Below, one piece after another: positions 1 through 13,354 of a stretch of 64,000 nt of DNA. This DNA is from Octopus vulgaris. Lineage: Eukaryota. The DNA lies in the NCBI GenBank assembly GCA_951406725.2, contig OX597838.1:17236001-17300000 (forward strand), given 5' to 3'. Positions within the stretch are counted from its first letter, which is position 1. Each line of letters begins with the position of its first letter. Under the pieces are notes generated by a model. That model ran no database searches and was not told the DNA's origin. It saw nothing but the letters and a program-made list of their open reading frames with translations. The position numbers and the translations under genes are program-made.

Positions 1-312
1 AGCGTCGAGCTTACGATCGTGAGGTTGTGAGCTCGAATCCCGGACCGGGCTGCGTGTTGTGTTCTTGAGCAAGGCACTTTATTTCACGTTGCTCCAGTTC
101 ACTCAGCTGTAGAAATGAGTTGCGACGTCACTGGTGCCAAGCTGTATCGACCTTTGTCTTTCCCTTGGATAACACTGGTGGCGTGAAGAGGGGAGGCTGG
201 TAGGCATGGGCGACTGCTGGTCTTCCATAAACAACCTCGCCCGGACTTGTGTCTAGGAGGGTAACTTTCTAGGTGCAATCCCATGGTCTGTGTCGTGACC
301 GAAGGGGGTCTC
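1..312 (+). mobile_element. tRNA-derived SINE (5' end cut by window) with CORE/Meta-like central domain
   Basis: B-box-like GAGCTCGAATCCC, then GTGTTCTTGAGCAAGGCACTT...TGCTCCAGTTCACTCAGCTG typical of metazoan SINE conserved domains, then a LINE-like tail. Confidence 0.7.
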
Positions 313-452
313 CGAACCTCACCCACCAAATGTAATATTTTTACGTGGTAAATCTACAACTGAAATTTGAAACATTATTATTATTATTATTATTATTATT
401 ATGATTATTATTATTATTATTATTATGATTATGATTATGATTATTATTATTA

Positions 453-990
453 TTGAGTGAGAGGTACTGGGGTAAAATATAAGAAGCCTAGTATACCCAT
501 CATGACTACCCGTCTGGTAAGGGTACACTAGGCACATGCATCACAACCAATATGTGCGCGACATGGTGATCTCATATCAAGATAAACAGTACATGACCTT
601 GCAGGTAGGACCCAGTTAGTATTTTCTTCTGGTCGAGTAACCCATCCGGCTCAAATGGTCCCTGAATAAGGTTTTTTTAAGGATGTTGAACGAAACAACC
701 ATGTTTCCAGAGGTGAATTATTCAAACCCCAAAGAATCCCTCTCAACACATGGCTATGATGCTCCCCCACTACTTCTGCTCTTGATCAGAGATGCACATA
801 TCGTCAGCCACTAAGGGACATGCTCAACCCGTTAAGGTCAAACAACTGGCAAGCAAATCTGTGGTATTGAGCAGAATATTTGCTGTAGCCCATCTTTTAT
901 ACCAAGACAAAACAATGTACATGATAACACTTCCAATCAGTTAAGATCAGAAGCCATGAGAGCCACTGCCTGGTATTGCATCAGGGCATT
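453..990 (-). mobile_element. ~540 bp non-autonomous interspersed repeat embedded in (TTA)n (family X, copy 1)
   Basis: Aligns by eye along its length to 42000-42544 and partly to 3955-4363; (TTA)n on both sides; no ORF. Strand inferred from an (AAT)n tail. Confidence 0.8.
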
Positions 991-1042
991 TATTATTATT
1001 CTTCTTCTTCTTCTTCTTCTTCTTATTATTATTATTATTACT

Positions 1043-1476
1043 GGAACTTTTCGGTTTGAACCTCAGTTTTTTAAAATAATTTCCACGTAACTAAACACCT
1101 TTAAACTTCGTATACTGGTAGAATGTGTTTATAAAACATCTTTTTCTCTTGGCTTTATTGAGAAAATTCTATAGTTTGTAAGATATTTGTTGTTCTTTTT
1201 TCTTCAATTTCTGCAATTTCAACCAATCAATGACGTCTATTGAGGTGCAAAACATTCTGTGCCGTATGAATATGTCCCTCGTTTAAGAAACAGATTGGGT
1301 TTATTTACATTTCTGAAGACAAAAAGATACCCTCTCCCCACCCCTAACCCTAACCATAACTAACCCTAACCCTAAAATAGATTGAAATGCAATAGATCGA
1401 TACTAGGGTCATAATTATGGGTGACAATTTCATATGACACCGCTAGAAAAAACTGCCGTTCAAACCGAAACGATCC
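1043..1476. mobile_element. MITE with ~30 bp imperfect terminal inverted repeats and internal (CCCTAA)n
   Basis: Start GGAACTTTTCGGTTTGAACCTCAGTTTTTT vs reverse complement of end GGATCGTTTCGGTTTGAACGGCAGTTTTTT; CCCTAA units at 1341-1375; sits inside a (TTA)n tract. Confidence 0.75.
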
Positions 1477-1542
<66 letters not shown>

Positions 1543-1880
1543 GTGGAACCCATGGAAATTCCACAGAACGAAAAAGACTAAGAGAAGCTATCTAAGAAAG
1601 AAAGGATGATTTATATTTTTATTTTTATTTTGCTTGGTTATTTCTTTTCCAGTCACAATAATATATTATATGAGTTTTACATTTCCCTCACTTAAGCACT
1701 TTTTATGTCTCTCTCTTTCTCTACATCTTCAACAATTTTTTTTTTTTGCCATGTAATTCCCGTCTTCATGTCTTTGACATTTCTCTCTTTCTCTTCATTT
1801 CACGCTTTCACTAACCACATGAGTGACAGCCAAATGCATCAGCTGGCTATCTGCTCTCTCACTCACTCTCACATTCCCTC

Positions 1881-1920
<40 letters not shown>

Positions 1921-2021
1921 ACTCAACCTCCTCATTCTCTCTAACAAACAATATTTTTTCGACTAACAGCTAGAGAAATGATATTATAGATTTAGTTTTT
2001 TTTTTTTTTTTTTTTTTTTTT

Positions 2022-2228
2022 TGTACTTGTTTCAGTCATTTGACTGCGGCCATGCTGGAGCACCGCCTTTAGAGTGGTGAAAGAGTACAGCAGGGATCAC
2101 CACCTCCTGCCGGAGCCTCGTGGAGCTTTTAGGTGTTTTTTTCGCTCAATAAACACACACAACGCCCGGTCTGGGAATCGAAACCGCGATCCTCCGACCG
2201 CAAGTCCGCTGCCCTAACCACTAGGCCA
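2022..2228 (-). mobile_element. Fused fragments of two SINE families (3' tail of the microsatellite-containing SINE + 5' half of the tRNA-Arg-like SINE)
   Basis: 2022-2071 matches the tail seen at 60665-60716; 2073-2228 matches 57533-57685. Confidence 0.75.
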
Positions 2229-2812
2229 GTTCAATAAAAAAAAAAAAATACTTTCACACTCAACACACTCCGCCGCCGTTACCCCCGCCATCATCATCAT
2301 CATCATCATCATTATAGTTTTCAGTAACAAATCTCGCTTGATTTCAGTTCAGTTCAGCTGTTCTTTAATATCTACTTTTTCTTGCTCTCGATGTATCTCT
2401 ACTCCGACAATACAAACGCTATCTACCCGCCTCTCTCTCTCTCTCTCTCTCTCTCTTAATGTAACTGCCTCCCCTGTCCATTTTTCTCTATAAGCTTTTC
2501 TTTAACCTCACCACCAGAACAACACCCTCTGCTACATATTTTATCTCTTTCTGTTTACCTGTCCCTTCCTCCCCTACTTGTACGTCGTAAACACTTCTCT
2601 CTCCCTCTTCTCTCTCGCCGTCTTTCCTCACGCTCTTCGCCTCTCTCTTCAACTAACCACGGGATGCATTTGGCCTTAATGTATTATTACACCCCTCTCT
2701 TCTTTCTTCTCAACTCACGTTCCTCCACCTCCCTCTTTCACTTTTATTCCAGCTCTCACTCATTCTGCCTCCACCTCACTAACCAAAGTATAACGGGCGA
2801 ACAAACAAGCAG

Positions 2813-2844
<32 letters not shown>

Positions 2845-2845
<1 letters not shown>

Positions 2846-2935
2846 TAGTTTTATTTTTATAGCGTGCTTTCACTTCACTACCGAGTGCAGCTCTGTGTGC
2901 CTTGGGTATGTGCTGTGATTTGTTGTGATGCTCTG

Positions 2936-2991
<56 letters not shown>

Positions 2992-3078
2992 CTGTTTGAC
3001 TTTTGCTTTATATTTGTACAAGTTGGCTCCAAGTCTCACCCAGAGACTTCAAGAGACAACAGGTTGGAAGTTCATGTT
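2845..3078 (-). mobile_element. Two short 3' ends of (TAA)n-tailed non-LTR elements (possibly R4/Dong-like)
   Basis: Two ~90 bp unique segments (2845-2935, 2990-3078), each ending in (TAA)n on the minus strand; family assignment from recollection only. Confidence 0.35.
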
Positions 3079-3124
3079 GTTGTTATTATTATTATTGTTA
3101 TTATTGTTGTTGTTGTTGTTGTTG

Positions 3125-3580
3125 TTATGGTAGAATCCTTAGCACGCCAGGCAAAATGCTTGCCGACATTTCGTCTATCTTCGCGTTGTGAGTTCATATT
3201 CTGTCGAAGTCGACTTTGCCTTTTATCCTTTCTGAGTCGATTAAATAAGTACAAGTTGAGTACTGGGGTCGATGTAATCGACATACCTCCTCCTACCTGA
3301 AATGTTTGTCCTCTCTGTGTTTAGCCCTTTGTGGGCAGTAAAGAAATACGTATTTCGTCTGCCGCTAGGTACTGAGTTCAAATTCCGCCGAGGTCGACTT
3401 CGCTTTTCATCCTTTCGGGGTCGATTAAATAAGTACCAGTTACGCACTGGGGTCGATATAATCGATTTAATCCGTTTGTCTGTCCTTGTTTGTCCTCTCT
3501 GTGTTTAGCCCCTTGTGGGTAGTAAAGAAATATATAAAGATGAATTTAATTTTTCAGGCCTTGTGCCTATAGTAGAAAGG

Positions 3581-3639
<59 letters not shown>

Positions 3640-3955
3640 GAAGGCGGGGAGCTGGCACAATCATTAGCACGCTGGACGAAACATTTAGCGGTATTTCGCC
3701 CGTCGCTACGTTCTGAGTACAAATTCTGCCAAGGTCAACTTTGCCTTTCATCCTTTCGGGGTTGATAAATTAAGTACCAATTGCGTACTGGGGTCTATCT
3801 AATCGACTCACCCCTCCCCCACAAAATTTCAGGCCTTGTGCCTGTAGTAGAAATATTATTATTATTATTATCATTCCAGTTGCATGCTGGTGTCGATCTA
3901 ATCGATTGGTCCCCTCCCCAATAATTTCGGGCCTTGTGCCTAGAGTAGAAAAGAA
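3125..3955 (+). mobile_element. Cluster of Nin/Deu-domain tRNA-SINE copies
   Basis: Repeated GAGTTCAAATTCCGCCGAGGTCGACTTTGCCTTTCATCCTTTCGGGGTCGATAAATTAAGTACC-like core (B box + Nin/Deu-like domain), separated by (ATT)n. Confidence 0.8.
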
Positions 3956-4363
3956 AGCATATGCCCATCATGACTACCCGTCTGATAAAATCACACCAGG
4001 TACATGCATCACAACCATATGTGCGCCACATAGTGATCTCATATCAAGGTAAACAGTGCACGATTTTGCAGGTGAGGCCCAGTTAGAATTTTCTTCGGGT
4101 CGAGTTGCCGATCACGCTCAAAAGGTTCCTGAATAAGGATTGTTTAAGGATGTTGAACAAAACACCTATGTTTCTAAAGATGAATTATCGAAACCCCAAA
4201 GAATTCCTCTCAATACATGGCTATGATGCTCCCCACTACCCCTGCTCATGATCAGAGATGCACATATCCTCAGCCACCAAGGGACATGCTCAACTGCTTA
4301 AGGTCAAGCAGCTGACAAGCAAATCTGTGGTATTGAGTAGAATATTTGCTGTAGCCCATTTTT
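3955..4363 (-). mobile_element. Family X repeat, partial diverged copy 2
   Basis: Matches 490-900 (CCCATCATGACTACCCGTCTG...GAATATTTGCTGTAGCCCAT). Confidence 0.8.
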
Positions 4364-4364
4364 A

Positions 4365-5020
<656 letters not shown>

Positions 5021-5814
5021 AGCTATTCTTTTTTTTTATTACGGTCGTGTCACAAACTTGTTGATTTCTTTCATTTTTCTTGTCTTTTTCTTTGTACTTT
5101 GGCAATTTCGCTTCAAACACTTTGCTTTGACCTCAGACTGTTGGTCATTGTGTAAGGTGCTTTACTGAGGAGAGCCTGGCGTTTGCAGACACTTTTTTTA
5201 CAATGTCTACAGGATGTGAAGATGAGTGGTGCCTGTTCGCAGTGCATCAGTTATATAAATAGTATTTAATTATATATAAACATATATACACATATTCATA
5301 GATACACTTACATAAATAATCACATGCAATTACATACTCTTCTAAATATATGGTTTAGTTGTTGTCGGTTCAATGAAAAAAAAAAGCGAGTGAAATTGAG
5401 AGAGAAGGAAAGTGAGAAAGTGCGTGCGTGTGTGTGTGTGTGAGGAGGGACGGAGAAAGAAAATTGAAAGAGAGGACAAAGCTTGAACAATGCTGTCACT
5501 ATGGCTCATCGCTATAAATTTACTTAATTATTCATTAAGTGTAAGTGCAGATATGTAGAATGAGGAGTTTAAGGTTAAATTTATAGACCTGAATCATATT
5601 GTAAATTGCGGCGTATAAGTCGACTTTGTATATCCTATTTCTATTTCTTTACTGCCCACAAGGGGCTAAACATAGAGGGGACAAACAAGGACAAACATGA
5701 AGTTAGAAAACATGAATTGTCCTACCTCGATTTTATGGTTCAGTAACTTTCTTCCCATTGCGAACACTTTCAATAATGTCTGGAATAAAGTAAAAAAATT
5801 AAATTCATCTTTAT

Positions 5815-6620
5815 ATATTTCTTTACTACCCACAAGGGGCTAAACACAGAGAGGACAAACAAGGACAGACAAACGGATTAAATCGATTATATCGACCCCA
5901 GTGCGTAACTGGTACTTATTTAATCGACCCCGAAAGGATGAAAGGCGAAGTCGACCTCGGCGGAATTTGAACTCAGTACCTAGCGGCAGACGAAATACGT
6001 ATTTCTTTACTGCCCACAAAGGGCTAAACACAGAGAGGACAAACAAGGACAGACAAACGGATTAAGTCGATTACACAAACCCCAGTGCGTAACTGGTACT
6101 TAATTTATCGACTCCGAAAGAATGAAAGGCAAAGTCAACCTCGGCGGAATTTGAACTCACAACGTAACGGCGTGCTAACGTTTCTACCAGCTCGCCGCCT
6201 TGGGCTGAATTAATTATTAAGATAATGATGTGTCATATAACAGGTGTCATTTTATTTAATTTAAGTGCTTGCTTACTACATTATAAATGTTTTCGTTCTG
6301 AGTTCAAATGCGGTCAAGTTCATTTTACAATTTGTCACTCTGAAATCGATAAAATGAATAGCATGACTCTGTCATACGACTATATATTTCATTCTGAAAA
6401 ATCATTCTTTTCTACTCTAGGCACAAGGCCCGAAATTATGAGGGATGGGGCAAGTCGATTAGATCGACCCCAGTATGGAACTAGTATTTAATTTATCGAC
6501 CCCGAAAGGATGAAAGGTAAAGTCGACCTCGGCGGAATTTGAACTCGGAACGTGACAACAGACAAAATACGGCTAAGTATTTCGCCCGGCGTGCTAACGT
6601 TTCTGCCAGCTCGCCGCCTT
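5815..6620 (-). mobile_element. Nin/Deu-domain SINEs (tandem pair 5815-6200, single copy 6405-6620)
   Basis: Reverse complement of the same core and head (…GCCAGCTCGCCGCC). Confidence 0.8.
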
Positions 6621-7269
6621 GCCGTGATCAAATATAGATAGATAAATGTTGTCAAGACAACGAAGGCTAGAATCGAACGTGTAGTCCCACCAAGTCTCTC
6701 TCTGGATGATTTAATTCCCATAAGCACTTGACACTCGCAATTAGCATCCACTTTACCAATTCCCGGCCAGTGAGAAATTTGGCGTTAATCTAAAGAATAT
6801 TAAACAAAGGCTGGAAAACGGTAACGAATTTCAAAAAAAAAATTTCAAATCTGTTTTTTTCTTTTTCTATCCTGAAAAAAAAAATGTCATGATGAAACTG
6901 AACATTTCAAATTGCAAACAAAGGAACTTGTGTCTTTGCAAATATCAACAAATAAAATGGGTTTGGTTGCTGACAGTGCATATCGTGACAGATTCTGTAT
7001 TCTTAAATTCTGCACGAAAAGAAAAAAAAAATGTCCAATATCTTTGCGCTCAGCTGTTTACTAAACTGTCGTCAGTAGAAGAAGCAATGGCTTGTTTGTG
7101 TCCATACAACAAAACTTGTCTTGTTCTTACGACACTCTTGCTCTTCTTACAGAGTTTAACATTATTTGTTTCTTTCTTAATCTCAAACACACATGGACAA
7201 ATATCTATAGGCGGTGCCTATCTTAGTCAAAATTATTATTATCATTATTATTAATGTTATTATTATTTT

Positions 7270-7900
7270 CAGTGGTTACTTTTTACTGCACGCTTTCGCT
7301 GCACAACTGACAGAACCCTTTGTGCCTCGCTTATGTGCAATGCACTGTTTTAATTTTTGTATTTTCGTGAAATGTGTGCAGTGCCTGGTAGAGCTACTAT
7401 ACTGAATATACATCGTATAGTAATATGCGCTATGATTAGTAGTGCTATGTTTTGTATGTTGAATATATTTGTAGTACTGGTGCCCAATTTATTTTCTTTT
7501 TGCATGCAGATTTTGATCATTCTCTACCTCTCCAACACCCACAAGACTTGCTTTTCTTTTCATCACCCATATTTATTTTATTTCTGTTACTTGATTTTAT
7601 ATTTGGATAATTTTTTTTCCATTTTTGTTAGCGATACATTATCACCTGTTGAGATTAAAACTTCAATTAAGTGATATTTTCTTTCCTAGTACCTTCACAG
7701 CAATGCTTTGTCAATTAGCATTGTTCACACTATCTCTGTATATCGGAGCACTAAGTGCACGGTCACTCAGTCTACCGTCAATCAGTGTACGGCCACATTG
7801 TCACCTTTTCTGGTGTATGTATACCTTATACTTGCACCACCTATTTTCTGGTAATATTTCATATCTGTATGGTAATTTTCTCTCTGCGAAATAGACATGG
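7270..7900 (-). pseudogene. Highly decayed piggyBac/PGBD-like transposase relic
   Basis: Frame-broken minus-strand fragments in piggyBac order: LPYRYEI (~KPDKYGI), NKYG+D (~KYGVD, 7561-7577), KSACKK..W..IFNIQNIALL (~RRWP..FYNILDLA), KLKQC…CQLCSESV(C)SK (Cys-rich C-terminus). Manual alignment only. Confidence 0.45.
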
Positions 7901-8081
7901 CTACCAAATGAAGCAATCGTATAATCCAACATTGAGAGCTCTCAATGTTGGATTATACGCTTGAGTTGCTCGAGGGTGATTCTGTCTCTTAAATCTATCT
8001 ACATATATGTATATAATGCAGTGAGTAATTCATTTTAGTACCACTAAATTGAACATCTCTACCCTGTGGACTCGGAAATAA

Positions 8082-8141
<60 letters not shown>

Positions 8142-8142
<1 letters not shown>

Positions 8143-8299
8143 GACGGTATTCTTTCAGTTACTGTCAACCAGATGTACTCACAAGGCTTTGGTCTGCCCG
8201 AAGCTATAGTAGAAGACACTTGTCTAAGATGCCACGCGGTGGGACTGAACCCAGAACCATCTGGTTGGGAAGCAAACTTCTTATCTCACAGCCATGCTT

Positions 8300-8302
<3 letters not shown>
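8142..8302 (-). mobile_element. 5' half of microsatellite-containing tRNA-SINE (octopus OK-like)
   Basis: Matches the reverse complement of 34428-34590 (GGGTTCAGTCCCAC B box). Confidence 0.75.
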
Positions 8303-8380
<78 letters not shown>

Positions 8381-8383
<3 letters not shown>

Positions 8384-8612
8384 CTTTATTGCCCACAAGG
8401 GGCTAAACACAGAGAGGACAAACAAGGACAGACAAACGGATTAAGTCGATTATATCGATCCCAGTGCGTAACTGGTACTTAATTTATCGACCCCGAAAGG
8501 ATGAAAGGCAAAGTCGACCTCGGCGGAATTTTGAACTCAGAACGTAAAGGCCAACGAAATACGGCTACGCATTTGGCCCGGCGCGCTTAACGGTTCTGCC
8601 AGTTCGCCGCCT
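8381..8612 (-). mobile_element. Full-length Nin/Deu-domain SINE with (TA)n tail
   Basis: Head, core and TTTAGCCCCTTGTGGG.AATAAAGAAATA tail all present. Confidence 0.85.
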
Positions 8613-8994
8613 TTGCGCATGTATATATATAGATATGCGAATAAATATTATTATTTTAATTCATCTTTTATTTCCGCAAACTATAAAGCACATCATATCT
8701 GTCAAACATATTCAGAGAAGGAAAGCAAACAGCAATGGCTTCTAAGTTCATTTCGATTATATTTGAAAGCACAGCTTTGATTAAAATGTCAGGTTTGTAA
8801 AAAAACTTTTTGAAATTTCTATCTTGTGTTTAATATAATAACATTATGTTTTCAAATATGCTGACTTACACTGCAGAGTTTCCACAAGTTCTGCTAGTCT
8901 ACATATTAGTAGAGTAGCATGGAATCTAAAACGCAATGGGAGGGCATCAGAATAAGAGTGGTAGTTGTGATAGAGAGATAGAGAGAGAGAGAGA

Positions 8995-9049
<55 letters not shown>

Positions 9050-9107
9050 GTGTATTTCACGTTATTTATTTATGTAAAGGTTTATTATATATATATATAT
9101 ATATCAG

Positions 9108-9158
<51 letters not shown>

Positions 9159-9245
9159 GTCTGTCTGTCTATCTATCTATCTAATCTATCTATCTATCTA
9201 ATCTATCTATCTATCTATATCTATCTATCTATCTCTCGCTCTCTC

Positions 9246-9296
<51 letters not shown>

Positions 9297-9579
9297 CAGA
9301 GAGAGAGAGAGAGAGAGAGAAATATTATGATGTTAATGGAGGGAGATGATGGGAAACGGAACTCACATACTCACACACAGAAATGTGTGTGTGTGTGTCT
9401 GTGTGTATAATTTAATTCATAATTTAAACATAGGTAAAGTCTCTTACAGCCGTTTCTGGAATAGCTAAGCAAGTGGATCATATATCATTGAGTAGCAAAT
9501 GCATGAGAGTAAATAGAGACCAGTATGGATTTTCTTAATCATTTGATCATGGATCTAGAGATCAATATCATTTTTTTAC

Positions 9580-9825
9580 GCCAACAGACTACCACCTATT
9601 CCGGGTGCTTGAATGGAAAAACGCTCACAATTGATGATGAACTGAAAATTGCTGTTGGGGACTTCTTCGATCGCAAACCACTTGAACTTTGCAACAAAGG
9701 CATCCATGATCTACTTCATCGTTGCAAGCAAGTGATCGAAAATAATGTTTGATATATGCTTTTTACTGCCTTGTTTCGTTGTATGTCATTATTAACAAAA
9801 ATTGTCCGAGAACTTAGTATCCAGC

Positions 9826-9828
<3 letters not shown>
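9580..9828 (+). pseudogene. Mariner transposase C-terminal relic with right TIR
   Basis: DYHLF (shifted frame), then LNGKTLTIDDELKIAVGDFFDRKPLELCNKGIHDLLHRCKQVIENN resembling the mariner C-terminus; ends GAACTTAGTATCCAGCCTG at a TA run. Confidence 0.7.
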
Positions 9829-9872
<44 letters not shown>

Positions 9873-10226
9873 AATTGAGGACTGAACACGAAAAGTGGAC
9901 AGTCAACATGCTAGATATAGACGTCAAATCGCCATTCTCCACAAAGAGTATGTTCTCAACTAAAAACTCAGCACAAAACCAAAGTATTAAACAAGACAAA
10001 TGAAAATATACGAAATAAGATAATTACCCATGTACTGAATCAGTTTCAGTTATTATTATCCGCAATAACCGAAACTGATTCAGTACATAGGTAATTATCT
10101 TATTTCGTTTAATAATTTGGGATTGTGCTGAGTTTTTAGTTGAGAACATACTCTTTGTGGAGAATGGCGATTTGACGTCTATATCTAGCATGTTGACTGT
10201 TCACTTTTCGTGTTCAGTCCTCAATT
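9873..10226. repeat. ~350 bp fold-back palindrome in (TA)n, probably Penelope-derived
   Basis: Arms 9873-10054 and 10064-10226 are reverse complements with few mismatches and one ~20 nt indel; 9-nt loop. Confidence 0.9.
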
Positions 10227-10312
10227 GGTATATATAAATATTTTAATCTTCGGATTCTTTTTAATATGCTAGACCACTGGTTTTAATTGACTAATATCAA
10301 TTTCTACCCTTA

Positions 10313-10373
<61 letters not shown>

Positions 10374-10693
10374 GTGTACATTTAAACACAAGAGAAAACA
10401 GCCTTCAACAGGCAGTTTTTTACACGCTAGAAGAAGTAGTCAAAACGACCAAAACCACATTTAAGAGCAATCTTCAAAAGGAATGAAAAATTAAAAAACT
10501 TTTACTATGTTATTTTATTCCGGCCAAACCTAGGTTTCTAAATATCTTAGCAAATGAAATAATTTGCTAGGCGAAATTTTTCATCAGTGACCGGGCCATG
10601 TACACTATTTTATATTTGAGAATATGTTGTCTATTGACTTTTTATACATGCTTGGCCACTGGTAGTAAATTTTCAAAAAGCTCACCACCCTAC

Positions 10694-10756
<63 letters not shown>

Positions 10757-10766
10757 CATACATACA

Positions 10767-10797
<31 letters not shown>

Positions 10798-11420
10798 TAA
10801 CCCATGAAATTCCAATGCAGTCCGATTTTTACGTTTTATTGCAATTTTACAATATTATAATAATAGAATATATATTTGGGATAAAACTAGTACTTTTATG
10901 CGTTACGCAATCGTCAGGTTTATGTGATAGTAGTGACAGTTGTGTTCCACAATTTACAACTGTAGTGAAATGACTAAATTTGTCCGTTAAATACCTCCCG
11001 ATAGGCTCCAGCAGGCTGAATCTTACGAAGTGTGTTTTGACCAATGAGAATGTGGCTTAGATGTCACCGTTTGGTGATTGTGCAAACTTAGTTAGCATTT
11101 ATCCCGCTTTGTCCAACGAAATATTTTGGCCAATTTGTGTGCGGCTTAGACGTCACGGTTTGGTGAGCACGTCAAGGATTCTTTACTTTGACTGCACCTG
11201 AAGAAATAATTGTTTGGCTATATTTAGGAACGTTATAAGCAACATACCTGTTTCATTGAATTTCATTGCTGCTATTCCTACAATTTTGAAGAAATTTTAA
11301 TTGAATCCTTCATCAATAAAAAACACGCGCCTGAAACAGTTGTAGTGAACTTTTAACCAGTTTGTGTATGCATGTGAGTGTGTACATACACATACATACA
11401 TACACACACGCACACATATA

Positions 11421-12295
11421 CGTATGTATGCGTCTTCTTCCTGCTGCGGGCGGTGTACCACGCTCACGATGCCAACAAACCCGCACAAGTGGTGTTTGAG
11501 GGAAGACCAGCTATGTAGACTTTGTGGAGAAAGAGGCACATCTCGGCAGGGTTTAGAATAGCACTTTGGCAAGGCAAATATAAATGGCGCCATGATAGGG
11601 TGCTTGCAACACTTGCTCACACCCTGGAGCAGGAAAAGCACAAGAAACATCATCACTAAGGGAAGACAACAGCAGCAATTAAGTACTGGGGGACCAGTAA
11701 AGCCAGCGAAAGCAATACATAGTTTGCTGCAAGGACCTAAACCATTGGGTATGAAGGTGGACATGGGAGAGAGATTGCAGTTTCCCCAGGTTATCCATAC
11801 AACCCTGAGGCCAGATAGATCCTGAGGTCTGAAAAGGCCAAGAAAATTATCGTAATTGAAGTAACAGTCTCGTGGGAAGTGCGATGTGATGAGGCCCATG
11901 AACGGAAGCGTGCCAGATATGAGAGCCTTCTGCAAGATTGCAAGGAGAAGGGATTTGGTGTGGCGTTTCCCAGTCGAGGTTAGCTGTAGGGGATTCCCTG
12001 CTCGGTCAGAATGGAGGAAGTTTACAGCGATTGGAATGAGAGATAAAGAATGAAGGGTAGTTGTGCGCAGGATGAGAGAGGCAGCTAGAAGAGCCTCTTG
12101 TTAGCATGGAAGCAAGAGAGAGGAGTTAAGCTAGAAGTCTGGAGGAGATGATGAGCAGTGACCTGGTCACCTCTGCTGACCCACCAAAGGGAGGGTGTTA
12201 CGGTTCAGAATCGAGGACTGTTGGATACCGTCTGACAACATCAGTTCCTCCTGGTCAAGACTCCATTCACTTCAGTGAATAAAGTACCTCCTTAT
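11421..12295 (+). pseudogene. 3' fragment of an RLE-type non-LTR retrotransposon (HERO-like), disrupted
   Basis: Across frames: CRLCGERGT (CCHC knuckle start), HDRVLATLA, TTLRPD, KIIVIE.TVSWE.RCDEAHERKRARY, FPVEVSCRGFPA - the PD..(D/E)xK restriction-like endonuclease region; several stops and frameshifts. Confidence 0.8.
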
Positions 12296-12304
12296 AGGTT
12301 TTAA

Positions 12305-12340
12305 CACACACGCACGCACACACACACACACACACATATA

Positions 12341-12380
<40 letters not shown>

Positions 12381-12414
12381 CACGTACACAAATATATCAT
12401 ACACATACGCACAC

Positions 12415-12449
<35 letters not shown>

Positions 12450-12769
12450 CATATATGTATGTATATATATGCATATAAAAATTTAGGGTTTAGATAACTA
12501 CCTAGGGGATATTAAATATCCAAAGAATTTACTGGTTAATCTTTATATATATATATACATCTATAAACATATATATACGTATACATGCATATATATACAT
12601 ACATATATACAAATATATATGTATACGTCATATGTATTTATATATACACATTTGTATATATACATATGTATATATACATATGTATATATACAACTGTATA
12701 TATACATAGGTACATGCACATATATACATATGAATATATATGCATATACATGCATATGTGTATATATAT

Positions 12770-12815
<46 letters not shown>

Positions 12816-12981
12816 ATGCATATACATACATAAATGTACATATATGCATGCATATATATACATATATATATATATATATGTACATGTGTATGTGTATTAT
12901 ATATACATGTACATATATATTCAAATATATACACACAATCACACACATATTTATATGTATATATATAAATGTGTATATACA

Positions 12982-13033
<52 letters not shown>

Positions 13034-13305
13034 TTATGTATATGTATATATATATATATATATACATATGCTTATATACACACACACATATATATACATA
13101 CATACATACGTACATACATACATACAGGAAGATGAGAGGAAGAGATTCATAGAGAGATAGAATTACATAAGGAAGAGATAAGTTTCCATATAGAGGTTGT
13201 CTTAGACAAATGGTAAGGTCACAGAGAGAGAGAGAGAGAATGACAGAAAGAGAGATTGACAGACATAGAGAGAGAAGGAGAGAGAGTGAGAAGGAGGGAG
13301 AGACA

Positions 13306-13350
<45 letters not shown>
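12305..13350. repeat. Compound (TA)/(CA)/(TACA)/(GA) microsatellite block
   Basis: Seen directly. Confidence 0.9.

Positions 13351-13354
<4 letters not shown>

Noticed and set aside
1341-1375. True telomere or chromosome end
   Set aside because: Only ~5 imperfect units, inside a MITE.
11297-11935. 212-aa minus-strand ORF
   Set aside because: Antisense to the decayed RLE LINE coding sequence.
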